From: an uncultured Bacilli bacterium
GTDB lineage: Bacteria > Bacillota_I > Bacilli_A > RF39 > UBA660
DNA length: 64,000 bases
Direction: 5' to 3'
Assembly: GCA_947630575.1 (NCBI GenBank)
Contig: CANRIB010000001.1
Coordinates: 6,085-70,084 of the forward strand
Shown here: positions 38,417-48,276 of the stretch, one piece after another
Layout: each line of letters begins with the position of its first letter
How positions within the stretch are numbered: the stretch's first letter is position 1
Notes under the pieces: generated by a model
Told to the model about the DNA's origin: nothing
Database searches by the model: none
What the model saw: only the letters and a program-made list of their open reading frames with translations
Translations under genes and position numbers: made by a program

Positions 38417-40432
38417 ATGAAAGATAAGAATAAAAGATTATATATATTAGTATCTATTCTATTAATAGGAGTAGGATTGACATTTGCATATTTTGTAGGA
38501 AAAACTATTTTTAAGGGAACAGGAGCAACAACAGAGGGAAGAACGGCAACCGTAAATGGTTCCACATTAGATATAAGTGGTAATATAGAGTTTGGTGATA
38601 AAGATATATATCCAGGACATCAAACATTATCCAAAGTAATAGCAACTGCAACAGGTAATAATGAACTTATCGCGTATAACTTAACATGGATAGGAACAAA
38701 TAATTTAAATACTAATTTAAAATATAAAGTATATGTATCAGAAGAAGAAAAAGAAATAAGTTTAACTTGTGAAAAGAAAAAGAAAGTAGTAAATGGAGCC
38801 CAACAATTAAATGAGGTATGTATAATAAATGGAGAATTAGGAGAACCAATAAATGAAGGAGAGATACCATCAAAACCAAAAGAAGAACAAACAATAAAGA
38901 TAACTAATACAGAATTTATAACATCAAAGAAAACAGGAACAATAAAATATTATTATATCATAGTAGAATATCCAGATAATGGAGATCAAAGTATAGATAT
39001 AGGAGAAGGATTTGAAGGAAAAGTATATGGAGAGATAAGTAATACAAAAGCCGATATAAATATAATAAGTGTAAATGTAGAGGGAGAAGATGGGAAATAT
39101 ACAAAACAAAGTGAAATACCAAAACAAGATAGTAATTTAACACTAAATACAAGTGATAGTCATTGTACAAATGATGCAACATTAGAATGGGATAATAGTG
39201 ATAGGAGTTTAATAGTAAATAATCTAACACAAAGTGGAACAGATTGTGAATTATATTTTTATGAGCCGACACCAGAAAAGACATTAAAAAAATTAGGAAT
39301 ATCAGAATCCGATGGAGTTATAACAGATATTACAGGTCCAAGTTGTAGTGGAAGTACTTCTTCGTCATGTTATAGTGGTGACTCTAGTCATAAAAATATG
39401 GCTCAAAATGGAATATATGATACAGTGGATGATTATGGAAAGAGCTATGTATATCGCGGTTTTGTTCAAAATAACTGGTTAAAGTTTGGCAAAGAAAATG
39501 GACAAGATATATGGTGGCGAATCATCCGAATAAATGGCAATGGAACAATAAGATTAATATATGCTGGAAAGGGTAGTACTGCTCCAAGTACTACGACTGC
39601 GGATACTCAAATTGGTACTAGTGCTTATAATACAAATTATAATGATAATAAATATGTAGGATTTATGTTTGGAACAGCATCAAATGGTAGTGCAAGTAGT
39701 GAAGGAACAGCAGGTACTACAGATGGAGCAAGAAACGGAACCAAGCCAGCCCATTTAAACAAATATGATAGTACTATAAAGGATAAATTAGATGCTTGGT
39801 GGGTAACAACAAATTTAGGGGATACTGACCAAGTAAAACATATAGATATAGAAACAGGATTTTGTAATGATAGAGAACCAGTAAAGTCTGCACATGGTAG
39901 TTATGGAACTACTACATACGGAAAAACTCAAGCAGGATATGCTCCGGCAGATAGAGTATGGCAAAGTGGAAGTACAAGTTATGATTCAACACAAGAACCA
40001 ACATTAAAATGTGGCGATGATACATCACGTCAATATGATTTATTTACAGGTACTGATGCAAAAGGAGTTATGGTTGATGGAAAAACAATAGCAGGAAATC
40101 ATGCATTAACCAATCCAGTAGGCTTAATAACAATGGATGAAGTAATTTATGCTGGAGGATTCGCAGGTGCAAATAACAATAATTATTGGTTATATACAGG
40201 TCAATATTATTGGACAATGTCTCCGTCTTGCTTTTATAACAGCGGGTCTAGTCAGTATGCTCGGGTGTTCATTGTGACTACGGATGGCAACCTCAACGAC
40301 CCGAACGTGAACAGCTCGAGCATCGGTGTGCGCCCAGTAATAAATCTGAAGGCTGATACAGTAATTGATACATTAAGGGGAGGAGATTTGGCAAATGGAG
40401 GAACTACAGATAATCCATACATAGTCAAATGA
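38417..40432 (+). CDS. Secreted/surface protein, paralog T4, with SipW-type signal peptide and C-terminal variable tail
   Basis: Starts 1 nt after the T3 stop. N-terminus ...GVGLTFAYFVGKT. C-terminal two-thirds are near-identical to T2 outside the variable tail. Confidence 0.9.
   Translation: MKDKNKRLYILVSILLIGVGLTFAYFVGKTIFKGTGATTEGRTATVNGSTLDISGNIEFGDKDIYPGHQTLSKVIATATGNNELIAYNLTWIGTNNLNTNLKYKVYVSEEEKEISLTCEKKKKVVNGAQQLNEVCIINGELGEPINEGEIPSKPKEEQTIKITNTEFITSKKTGTIKYYYIIVEYPDNGDQSIDIGEGFEGKVYGEISNTKADINIISVNVEGEDGKYTKQSEIPKQDSNLTLNTSDSHCTNDATLEWDNSDRSLIVNNLTQSGTDCELYFYEPTPEKTLKKLGISESDGVITDITGPSCSGSTSSSCYSGDSSHKNMAQNGIYDTVDDYGKSYVYRGFVQNNWLKFGKENGQDIWWRIIRINGNGTIRLIYAGKGSTAPSTTTADTQIGTSAYNTNYNDNKYVGFMFGTASNGSASSEGTAGTTDGARNGTKPAHLNKYDSTIKDKLDAWWVTTNLGDTDQVKHIDIETGFCNDREPVKSAHGSYGTTTYGKTQAGYAPADRVWQSGSTSYDSTQEPTLKCGDDTSRQYDLFTGTDAKGVMVDGKTIAGNHALTNPVGLITMDEVIYAGGFAGANNNNYWLYTGQYYWTMSPSCFYNSGSSQYARVFIVTTDGNLNDPNVNSSSIGVRPVINLKADTVIDTLRGGDLANGGTTDNPYIVK
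40217..40336 (+). other. Variable region VR4 (DGR-like, long form)
   Basis: ATGTCTCCG ... GGTGTGCGCCCA. Encodes SCFYNSGSSQYARVFIVTTDGNLNDPNVNSSSI. The 5' part matches cassette B and the 3' part matches cassette A. Confidence 0.75.
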
Positions 40433-40684
40433 CGAAGTATGGATTAGTAAACACTTTTCAAGGAGTGTAGCGTGGTGCTATCAATTTGATTCTCAAACCT
40501 AGATAGCATTTGAATTAAGCAAATAAATGAGGTTTAAGTTTTCTTTTTAAATTTTGGTGGGAATAACAATGTAGCAGTTATTCTCTTTTTTTGTAAATAA
40601 AATTATTAGTACTTGCATATTTTTGCTATATGTGATATATTTTAATTGTACTAGTGCATGTAATACAATAAAGGAGGAGATTAA

Positions 40685-41584
40685 ATGATTGAAATTAAAA
40701 ATCTAAGTAAGAGTTTTGATAAGAAACATTATGTCTTAGAGAATCTTAATTGTACGATTAAAGATAATGCAATTTATGGTTTAGTTGGGGCTAATGGGGC
40801 TGGTAAGTCAACTCTTCTTAGATTAATTAATAGTATTTATACGGCAGATAGTGGGACAATATTCATTGATGGAGAAGATGTCTATGATAATGAGAAAATA
40901 AAAGAAGATATGGTGTTTGTGCCTGATGATTTATTTTTTTATAGCAATTATAGTTTAATGGATATGGCTTATTATTATGATTCGTTATATCCTAAGTTTG
41001 ATATGAATTATGTCTTAAAAGTGGCAGATAAGTTAAAACTTGATAAAAATGCTAAAATTAGTTCATTTTCAAAGGGGATGAAAAGACAATGTGCGTTACT
41101 TTGTGCTCTTGGAACTAGTGCGCGTTATATGTTTTTTGATGAAACATTTGATGGCCTTGATCCAGTGGTTAGAAAATATTTTAAATCATTGCTAGCAGAT
41201 GCAATGGAAAAAAATAATACAACTATAATTATGACTAGTCATAATTTAAGAGAATTAGAAGATATATGTGATAATTTAGGATTATTATATAAAGGAAATA
41301 TTTTATTTGAAAGTGATATTGATACTTTAAAGACAACAATGTTTAAAGTGCAAATATCTTTAAAAGAAGATTTTAATAAAAGTACTTTTAAAGGACTTAA
41401 AATACTTTCTTATAAAAAGATTGGAAGTGTAGCAACTTTAATAATTGATGAAAATGGAAAAGATAGTAAAACTATTTTAGAAAAGTTACATCCAATAATA
41501 TTAGATTATTTACCTCTTACTTTAGAAGAAGTATTTATATATCAAATGGAGGCATTAGGTTATGAATTTAATGAAATTATTTAA
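40685..41584 (+). CDS. ABC transporter ATP-binding protein
   Basis: GANGAGKST Walker A, FSKGMKRQ signature, FFDETFDGLD Walker B. Confidence 0.9.
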   Translation: MIEIKNLSKSFDKKHYVLENLNCTIKDNAIYGLVGANGAGKSTLLRLINSIYTADSGTIFIDGEDVYDNEKIKEDMVFVPDDLFFYSNYSLMDMAYYYDSLYPKFDMNYVLKVADKLKLDKNAKISSFSKGMKRQCALLCALGTSARYMFFDETFDGLDPVVRKYFKSLLADAMEKNNTTIIMTSHNLRELEDICDNLGLLYKGNILFESDIDTLKTTMFKVQISLKEDFNKSTFKGLKILSYKKIGSVATLIIDENGKDSKTILEKLHPIILDYLPLTLEEVFIYQMEALGYEFNEII

Positions 41585-43508
41585 TTTTAATTATTTTAAA
41601 GAGAATATAAGAAAATCTAAAGCAGTTTTGGCATTCTTTCTAGGAGTAATACCTTTACTTAATATTTTATTATTAATTATTGCCATAATTAATATGAATA
41701 ATACTCCAGTATTGCTTGATTTTCAATCTTTAAGTATAATTACTTTTTTGGGAATGTATGTTTTACCTATAATACTGGCTTTTAGTTTATTTGGATTTGT
41801 TTTTAAAAGAAAAAGTGTTGATTTTGTAATGTCTAAACCACTTAGTCGAAAAACAATTTATTTTACTAATATTTTAGGAGGTTTAATTGTCCTTTCCATC
41901 TTTATCCTCTTAAATACTCTTATTTACTTATTATTTAGTATTTTTGCACCTTTTGTAATTCCTTTTAGTTTAATAATTGATTATATGATTTTTTGGTTTG
42001 TATCTTACATATTTATGTTTACAGTAAGTGTCCTTGCTATGAGTATTTGTGGTAATTTAATTAGTACTATAGTAGTTATGTTTATTATTGTTTGTTTAGT
42101 TCCTTATTTAAATATGGTTGCAACGGTTTTTGATGGTTTAAATAGTAGTAATAATTATGTTAAATATAATGATGAAGATTTTAAGGGATCTTATTACTGT
42201 GAAACTGAAGATTGTGAAAAACATTTAGAAAATATGGAATATTCTTTATATTATAATGTTATGCCAAGTAAAAGTAATGTTGCTCCTTTAATATTTTTAA
42301 ATGATACTGATACTCTTATTTATAATTTAGGTAGTGTTATTAAAATGCTTATATTAAGTGTAATATATATATTTGTAGGATTTTATACTTTTAGTCATCG
42401 AAAAATGGAGAATAATGAAACTAGTTTTAAAAGTGAAAAAATGCATTATCTAGTTAAAATTATTACTTTACTTCCAGTATCTTTAATAACATATGCGATA
42501 ATTCATGAAGCAGCTTTAACTGGTTTACTTATAAGTTTAACAATTATATTTATTTATAGTATAGTGTATGATTTAATAACAAGAAAAGAAATATATAAGT
42601 TTGTTAAATCAACAATTATTTCTTTAGTATTTTTTGGTATATTCTCGGGTGGTTATGGTGTGTATCATCTATATCGTAGAGATAGAGTAATAGATATAGA
42701 GGATATTGATAAAATAACTTTTGAATATCCAGAGTATGATGACACTATTGATATTGTTGATAAAGAATTAATAACGGAAATTATGCATAATGCATTAAAA
42801 AAAGATAGTAGTTTATATAAAACTATAACTATAAGTTCTAATAATAAAAAATATAATAGTTATATATATATTAGAGATGAATTAAATTATGAAATAAAAG
42901 AATTAGTTAAAAATAAAAAAGAAAGTGAATTAAGTAAATTAAATAGTAAAGATATTATTTATACAGATGATATAGTGGTAGATAATAAATTAAAAGATTT
43001 AATTATCGAAACTGTTAATAAAGAAAATTTTCATTATATTGATCAAGAGGGAATAATTAATTTTTATGTTTATGATAATCATAATTATAAAGAATATAGT
43101 ATTGCTTCGGCAATGAACAGTAAGTTAGATGATTATGTGTTAGAAAAATTATCTAAGAAAGCAATAGATATTATTAAAGAGCAAAAAAATAAAAAACAAA
43201 TAGTAACTTTTGTTTATTTGGGAAATAATGGTGGATTAGATGAATTACAATCAAGATTATTTAATTATGTTATTAATCATAATTTAGATAGTTTCTTAAA
43301 ATATTTAGAAAGTAATAAAGAATATAAAGAATTTAAAACGAAAATTATGATTTATGATAATACTGGTGGTTTAGATCTTCCGATTGGTGATTCAGATAGT
43401 TTTAAAGAAGAGTTCTTACGTTATCAAGAAAAACTTAAAGATGATGAAAATTATCAAGAGTTAGTAGAAACTTATAAGAAAGAGATTCAGGATAGTAATG
43501 AATATTAA
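41562..43508 (+). CDS. Putative ABC-2-type permease with large C-terminal soluble region
   Basis: Multi-TM N-terminal half. Translationally coupled to the ATPase gene. Confidence 0.5.
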   Translation: MNLMKLFNFNYFKENIRKSKAVLAFFLGVIPLLNILLLIIAIINMNNTPVLLDFQSLSIITFLGMYVLPIILAFSLFGFVFKRKSVDFVMSKPLSRKTIYFTNILGGLIVLSIFILLNTLIYLLFSIFAPFVIPFSLIIDYMIFWFVSYIFMFTVSVLAMSICGNLISTIVVMFIIVCLVPYLNMVATVFDGLNSSNNYVKYNDEDFKGSYYCETEDCEKHLENMEYSLYYNVMPSKSNVAPLIFLNDTDTLIYNLGSVIKMLILSVIYIFVGFYTFSHRKMENNETSFKSEKMHYLVKIITLLPVSLITYAIIHEAALTGLLISLTIIFIYSIVYDLITRKEIYKFVKSTIISLVFFGIFSGGYGVYHLYRRDRVIDIEDIDKITFEYPEYDDTIDIVDKELITEIMHNALKKDSSLYKTITISSNNKKYNSYIYIRDELNYEIKELVKNKKESELSKLNSKDIIYTDDIVVDNKLKDLIIETVNKENFHYIDQEGIINFYVYDNHNYKEYSIASAMNSKLDDYVLEKLSKKAIDIIKEQKNKKQIVTFVYLGNNGGLDELQSRLFNYVINHNLDSFLKYLESNKEYKEFKTKIMIYDNTGGLDLPIGDSDSFKEEFLRYQEKLKDDENYQELVETYKKEIQDSNEY

Positions 43509-43851
43509 TATTGATTATCAAACAAGAACTCCAATATATGAACAAATAGTTAAAGAAATAGAAAAATTAGTTACTTTAGGAATATTAAAACCGGGAGATC
43601 AAATATTAAGTATTAGGGAACTCGCGTGTACACTTAGTATTAATCCTAATACTGTTAAAAAAGCTTATGATATATTAGAAAGTAAAAAGATTATTATTTC
43701 TAAATCAACAAAGGGAAGTTTTATTGCAGATAATGTAGAAGAAGCTAAAAAAGAAAAGGTAGATAGTATAATAAAAGAAATAAATAAACATATTAAAGAA
43801 TTAGAAACATTAGGATTAAAAAAAGAAGAAATACTTAAAAAATTAAAATAA
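43498..43851 (+). CDS. GntR-family (YtrA-like) transcriptional regulator
   Basis: Winged-helix PIYEQIVKEIEKLVTLGILKPGDQILSIRELACTLSINPNTVKKAY, short effector tail. Confidence 0.85.
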   Translation: MNINIDYQTRTPIYEQIVKEIEKLVTLGILKPGDQILSIRELACTLSINPNTVKKAYDILESKKIIISKSTKGSFIADNVEEAKKEKVDSIIKEINKHIKELETLGLKKEEILKKLK

Positions 43852-44092
43852 ATTAATCGTTAAATTTTAAGTAAAGTGCACAAATAAGTGCAATTGATAT
43901 AAAAAAGTACATTTTCATAAGAAAGTGCACTTTTTTTAATGAATTTTAAATAAAATAGAAAAAATAAATAGACAAAAGATAAAAGAAGTGATATATTATT
44001 TACTGCAAAAAGGAAATTATTCCATGCAAAAAAGTGCAGATATGTGTGAATTTTTAAAACTAAATGCACAATATCTACATTAGTTTGAAATT

Positions 44093-45420
44093 TATAATAT
44101 GGGCAATTTATTTGTCAAAATTGATATTTATAGTTAGTAGTTATAAATATCTTTTTTTTAAATTAATATTTTAATAATGAGTCATTAAGAATGACATCAT
44201 CAGGTTTAATATAATAACAATTAAGTTTTTTTAAAATATATTCGTCACATAGAAATAACATTGCTTCATAAGGAGACTTACCATTTAAAGAATCGCGACA
44301 TAAACTGTTAATATTATTCATAAATAAATCACAATCTTTTTGGGTAATATTTTTAAAAGAAGAACCTTTTGGTAAAATATAACGAATAAATTCATGGTTT
44401 TTCTCTATGCCTCCTTTTTGCCAAGAAGCAGAAGGATCACAAAAGAAAAGATGAGTAACATATTCACCAGTTTCATGAATATACTCAATATTATTGACAT
44501 CAAAAAATTCATGACCATTGTCAGTGAGAATAATTGGAAATAGTTTTTTATAATCTTCTTCAGGTATAAAAGTTTGAAGAATGCTAAATATTCTAGTTAC
44601 TTCTTCAGTAGTTTGAGATTCCAATTTAAATATAAGCATAAAATTAGATTTTCTCCAAAAAAGAGTAAGAAAGCAATCTTCTTCAGTTTGTAATCCTTCA
44701 ACAGTATCCATTTCAACAATATTTAAATAAGGATTTCTAGATGTATAATCTAAGAAATCAGTATATTTTCTATTAATCAAAATTTCTCTTTCTTTTCTAG
44801 TTCTTCTATTAGGATTATTTTTTCTTTTTTTATATTTAACAATTCTAGGAAAATCCAAAGGTCCAAATTCAAATACACCATTATTAACATACTTATAAAA
44901 AGAACTTTTACTAAAATCAAGAATATCAGGATGGTTAATATATAAATGATTTATAGTTTGTCCTTTTTTTACAAGTGGATAGATAATTTCATTTATTTTA
45001 TAAATTTCATCGTAGTTTAAATTAATACCTTGTCTAGATGATTTAATTAATTCATCATATGATTTTTGAGCTTCTCTTGCGTAATAAGTCCATCTAATCT
45101 TTCTACAACCACTTCTAGATTTGCAGCCATTACAAACATAAGGAGAGTGTTCCAATCTTTCACAAGATAAATCTAAACCAGGGTGATTAATTTTATAATT
45201 ATTCCAACTAGATGGTTCAGAATATTTTTTGTTTCTATCTATTTCTCTTAAAATAGAAGAGTGACATCTATTAATTTCTTTAGCAATTTGATTGATAGAT
45301 TTATTATCATTTAATCCATCTTCAATATTTTTTCTATCTTCATAAGATAGATGACAATAATTTGCCATAGTATATAATACCTCCTTTATATGACAAATAA
45401 ATTGCTTGAGAGATATTATA
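44093..45420 (-). mobile_element. IS30-family insertion sequence (ends approximate; minimal element 44103-45405)
   Basis: The 15-bp terminal inverted repeat GCAATTTATTTGTCA (44103-44117) / TGACAAATAAATTGC (45391-45405) brackets a single transposase gene. A possible outer extension, TATAATAT, is present on both sides. Confidence 0.75.
44163..45368 (-). CDS. IS30-family transposase
   Basis: N-terminal HTH (SINQIAKEINRCHSSILREIDRN) and a C-terminal DDE-type integrase core (TDNGHEF ...). Confidence 0.85.
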   Translation of the reverse strand: MANYCHLSYEDRKNIEDGLNDNKSINQIAKEINRCHSSILREIDRNKKYSEPSSWNNYKINHPGLDLSCERLEHSPYVCNGCKSRSGCRKIRWTYYAREAQKSYDELIKSSRQGINLNYDEIYKINEIIYPLVKKGQTINHLYINHPDILDFSKSSFYKYVNNGVFEFGPLDFPRIVKYKKRKNNPNRRTRKEREILINRKYTDFLDYTSRNPYLNIVEMDTVEGLQTEEDCFLTLFWRKSNFMLIFKLESQTTEEVTRIFSILQTFIPEEDYKKLFPIILTDNGHEFFDVNNIEYIHETGEYVTHLFFCDPSASWQKGGIEKNHEFIRYILPKGSSFKNITQKDCDLFMNNINSLCRDSLNGKSPYEAMLFLCDEYILKKLNCYYIKPDDVILNDSLLKY

Positions 45421-45520
45421 TATAATTACAAAACTTATTGCACAACAATTGTGCACTTTCAATAATAATCTACAAAAATAAATTAATTCCAATAATCTTG
45501 GAAAACAATTCCTCTAAATC

Positions 45521-45548
45521 TTGACTAAAACTATATTTTTGATATAAT
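45521..45548 (+). promoter_or_regulatory. Promoter for the prepilin-like gene
   Basis: TTGACT, 16 nt, TATAAT with a TG extension. Confidence 0.5.
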
Positions 45549-45559
45549 TAATTTAGAAG

Positions 45560-45988
45560 GTGAATGGAATGAATAATAAAAGTGGTTTTACTTTAGTGGA
45601 ATTGTTAAGTGTTATAGTTATTTTATCAGTAGTTGTTTTAATTGCAACAAATGCGGTAGTGCCAATGATGAATGATGCTAGAAGACAAGTTTTAGCAACA
45701 GAAGCAAATAAGTTTATGATGGCTGCTCAAAATTTATATGTTAAAGATAATGCGAGTGGAACAAAATGTTATTCTTATGAAGAAGTAATTAATTCAGGTT
45801 TAATTGAAAAAAATGATGAAGCTTATGCTGGTAGTTTTCTAATTGAAAGTAATGGAGAAGGAAAATATACTTATAAAATATGGCTTTCAAATGGAACTAA
45901 TGCAGTTTTAGGAAAAAGTCCTGATGTGACAAGTAAAGATGTTATAGATTCTTCTGATGATGCATCACAGAGTTGTGAAGTAAATTAA
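45560..45988 (+). CDS. Type IV pilin/pseudopilin-like protein (prepilin N-terminal methylation motif; likely start ATG 45569)
   Basis: KSGFTLVELLSVIVILSVVVLIA is the class III signal (G/FTLVE). Confidence 0.8.
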   Translation: MNGMNNKSGFTLVELLSVIVILSVVVLIATNAVVPMMNDARRQVLATEANKFMMAAQNLYVKDNASGTKCYSYEEVINSGLIEKNDEAYAGSFLIESNGEGKYTYKIWLSNGTNAVLGKSPDVTSKDVIDSSDDASQSCEVN

Positions 45989-46048
45989 CAATAGATTTAT
46001 AGTCTATTGTTTTTTTAAACTATAAAAAAAATAGGATTTTGATAAATC

Positions 46049-46741
46049 CTATTCGGCTATTTTTTTAGTAGCATACATTCCTGCAAATAAACTCATGGTC
46101 ATAAAGCCTATATAAGCTGGTAATTTATCGCTAGTGTCTGGTGATTCTACAACTGGTTTTAATTCATCGAATTTATCTTCGTTCCATAGTTCTGTCTCAG
46201 TATCTTTAGCTGTTAAAACTAATTCTTCAGGATTAATTAATATTGTAACTGTTTGGTCATTGTCACCATCATTATCCCAATCAAATAACCAAGTATATTT
46301 AATCATTGTGCCTTTTTTAGTGGCATTTGTTAAATGTTCTTCAGTAACAGCACCATAAACATAGATGTAGTGTTCATCTTCTTGAGATTCAGATTTGTTA
46401 CTGTCTTGACTAGACCAAAATAGTTCTGGTTCAGAACCATTACTTGTGTATTTAGCTTGTTTTAAAGTGGCGATTGGTACATCTTTTGGTGCAACAACTT
46501 TAACTCCAAGCCATGCAGCATCAATAGGTCTACCTAAATCAAGGTCTTTTTCAACTATTTTTAATTTGGCAGCATCAAAAGTAATGGTTACATTTCTAGT
46601 GCCATTTCCTTCAATTTTAGGAGTTCCACCTTTATAAGAATCACTATTGTTTAGGACAGTTACATTTTCAAAACCTAACGCATATACAGGCGATACCATG
46701 ACTAGCAGAAATAATGTTAAAGTTAAAAATAACTTTTTCAT
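46049..46741 (-). CDS. Secreted protein with signal peptide and C-terminal hydrophobic anchor
   Basis: N-terminal signal sequence ending VYALG. C-terminus SPDTSDKLPAYIGFMTMSLFAGMYATKKIAE. Confidence 0.7.
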   Translation of the reverse strand: MKKLFLTLTLFLLVMVSPVYALGFENVTVLNNSDSYKGGTPKIEGNGTRNVTITFDAAKLKIVEKDLDLGRPIDAAWLGVKVVAPKDVPIATLKQAKYTSNGSEPELFWSSQDSNKSESQEDEHYIYVYGAVTEEHLTNATKKGTMIKYTWLFDWDNDGDNDQTVTILINPEELVLTAKDTETELWNEDKFDELKPVVESPDTSDKLPAYIGFMTMSLFAGMYATKKIAE

Positions 46742-46946
46742 TTTTTTCCTCCTTCTCTAGAGATTTTTATACCTCTATCTTTAATATGTAAATATTTGAC
46801 ATATTTATACATAAAAATACAAAAATAGACAAGAAATTTAAATGATTTATAAATTATATATGTATATACGCAGATAGAAATTTATGAAAGATGTGGTTTA
46901 TAAAATAAGTGCTTAAAAAATAATAAATTAATGATATAATTATAAT

Positions 46947-47149
46947 GGTTAATCTGTTTAAGTGTATTGGTATTAGTCTTTGTATAACGCTGACTCTGAT
47001 GGTTATGCTCGCGTGTTCATTGTGAATTCGACTGGCAACCTCAACACCAACAACGTGAACAACACGTGGGGTGTGCGCCCAATATCCTTTTTAAAACTCA
47101 TATATCTGGTTAAGGCTTGGTATAGTAGAACTAGGATACAAGATTAATC
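46947..47149 (+). ncRNA. Template-repeat-like cassette RNA C
   Basis: TGATATAATTATAAT precedes GGTTAATCT. The template segment 46976-47081 starts GTCTTTG instead of GTCTCCG and ends GGTGTGCGCCCA. Conserved tail ends AGATTAATC. Confidence 0.65.
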
Positions 47150-47174
47150 ATTGGTTTTAGGACTTAAAAAAAAT

Positions 47175-47220
47175 AATGCTGATATTATTTATCTTGAATA
47201 AGTAATTATTACAGCATTTT
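47175..47220 (+). terminator. Hairpin terminator after cassette C
   Basis: AATGCTG ... CAGCATT stem plus TTTT. Confidence 0.55.
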
Positions 47221-47279
47221 TATTTTGGAAGTAATACTTCATTGACCAAAAAATGGCTATTTTGTTATATTGACCCTAA

Positions 47280-48203
47280 ATGGAGGTTTTTAAGATGGAA
47301 CAGTATAATGAGGTAGAACATTTAATAAAAAAATTAGAAATAAATAAGAGAGCTAGAGTATTACAAGATAATAGAGAAACATTAGATACTTATTGGAATA
47401 TAGGAAGACTAATTGTAGAAGCTCAAGGAGGCAAAGAAAGAGCTAAATATGGAGATAATTTAATTAAAGAGTGGAGTAAAAAACTAATTGTTTATGGAAC
47501 AAATTACAAAATGACAAGCCTTAAATATTTTAGATTATTTTATTTAACGTTTAGAAATGGTCAGCCGTTGGCTGACCAATTAAGTTGGAGTCATTACCAA
47601 GAATTGTTACCAATCAAAGATGAAAATAAAAGAAATTATTATATAAATTTATGTATAACTAATAGTTTGTCAAAAAGAAAATTGAGAGAGGAAATAAAAA
47701 ATAAAAGTTATGAAAGATTATTAGAAAAAAGAGAACATATAGAAATAATAAATAATAAAGAAGAAATATATAATATAAAAGAACATATAAAAAATCCCAT
47801 AATAATAAAATTATCAAAAGAAGAACAAATAAAAAAAGAAAAAGAACTACAATTAATTATTTTATCTAAATTAAAAGATTTTTTTATGGAATTAGGATAT
47901 GGTTATGCATATATAGAAAATGAGTATAAAATAAAAATAAATAATAAAATATATAGAATAGATATATTATTATTTAATTATAATCTTAATGCTTTTGTAG
48001 TAGTAGAATTAAAGATGCGAGAATTAAAAAAAGAAGATAAAGCTCAAATAGAGTTTTATATGGAATATATAGATAATAACTTAAAAAGAAGTTTTCATAA
48101 TAAAACAATAGGAATAATAATAACAAAAGAGCAAGATAAATTTATCTTATCATTTGTTAGTCAAAATAATATAATACCTATTACTTATAAAGTTAAAAGT
48201 TAA
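47280..48203 (+). CDS. DUF1016/YhcG-like PD-(D/E)XK nuclease family protein
   Basis: N-terminal ...TYWNIGRLIVEAQGG..RAKYGDNLIKEWSKKL pattern and a C-terminal RIDILLFNY..NAFVVVELK nuclease core. Confidence 0.65.
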   Translation: MEVFKMEQYNEVEHLIKKLEINKRARVLQDNRETLDTYWNIGRLIVEAQGGKERAKYGDNLIKEWSKKLIVYGTNYKMTSLKYFRLFYLTFRNGQPLADQLSWSHYQELLPIKDENKRNYYINLCITNSLSKRKLREEIKNKSYERLLEKREHIEIINNKEEIYNIKEHIKNPIIIKLSKEEQIKKEKELQLIILSKLKDFFMELGYGYAYIENEYKIKINNKIYRIDILLFNYNLNAFVVVELKMRELKKEDKAQIEFYMEYIDNNLKRSFHNKTIGIIITKEQDKFILSFVSQNNIIPITYKVKS

Positions 48204-48276
48204 TTTTATGTAATAGATATAAATATAATATAAGTATTTTAAAGAGTTTTAGGCAATTTATGTGCTTTTTCAAAAA

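Noticed and set aside
43860-44069. Minus-strand ORF of 69 aa between the GntR gene and the IS.
   Set aside because: AT-rich intergenic sequence with repeated GTGCAC-like motifs, no RBS, and low-complexity translation.
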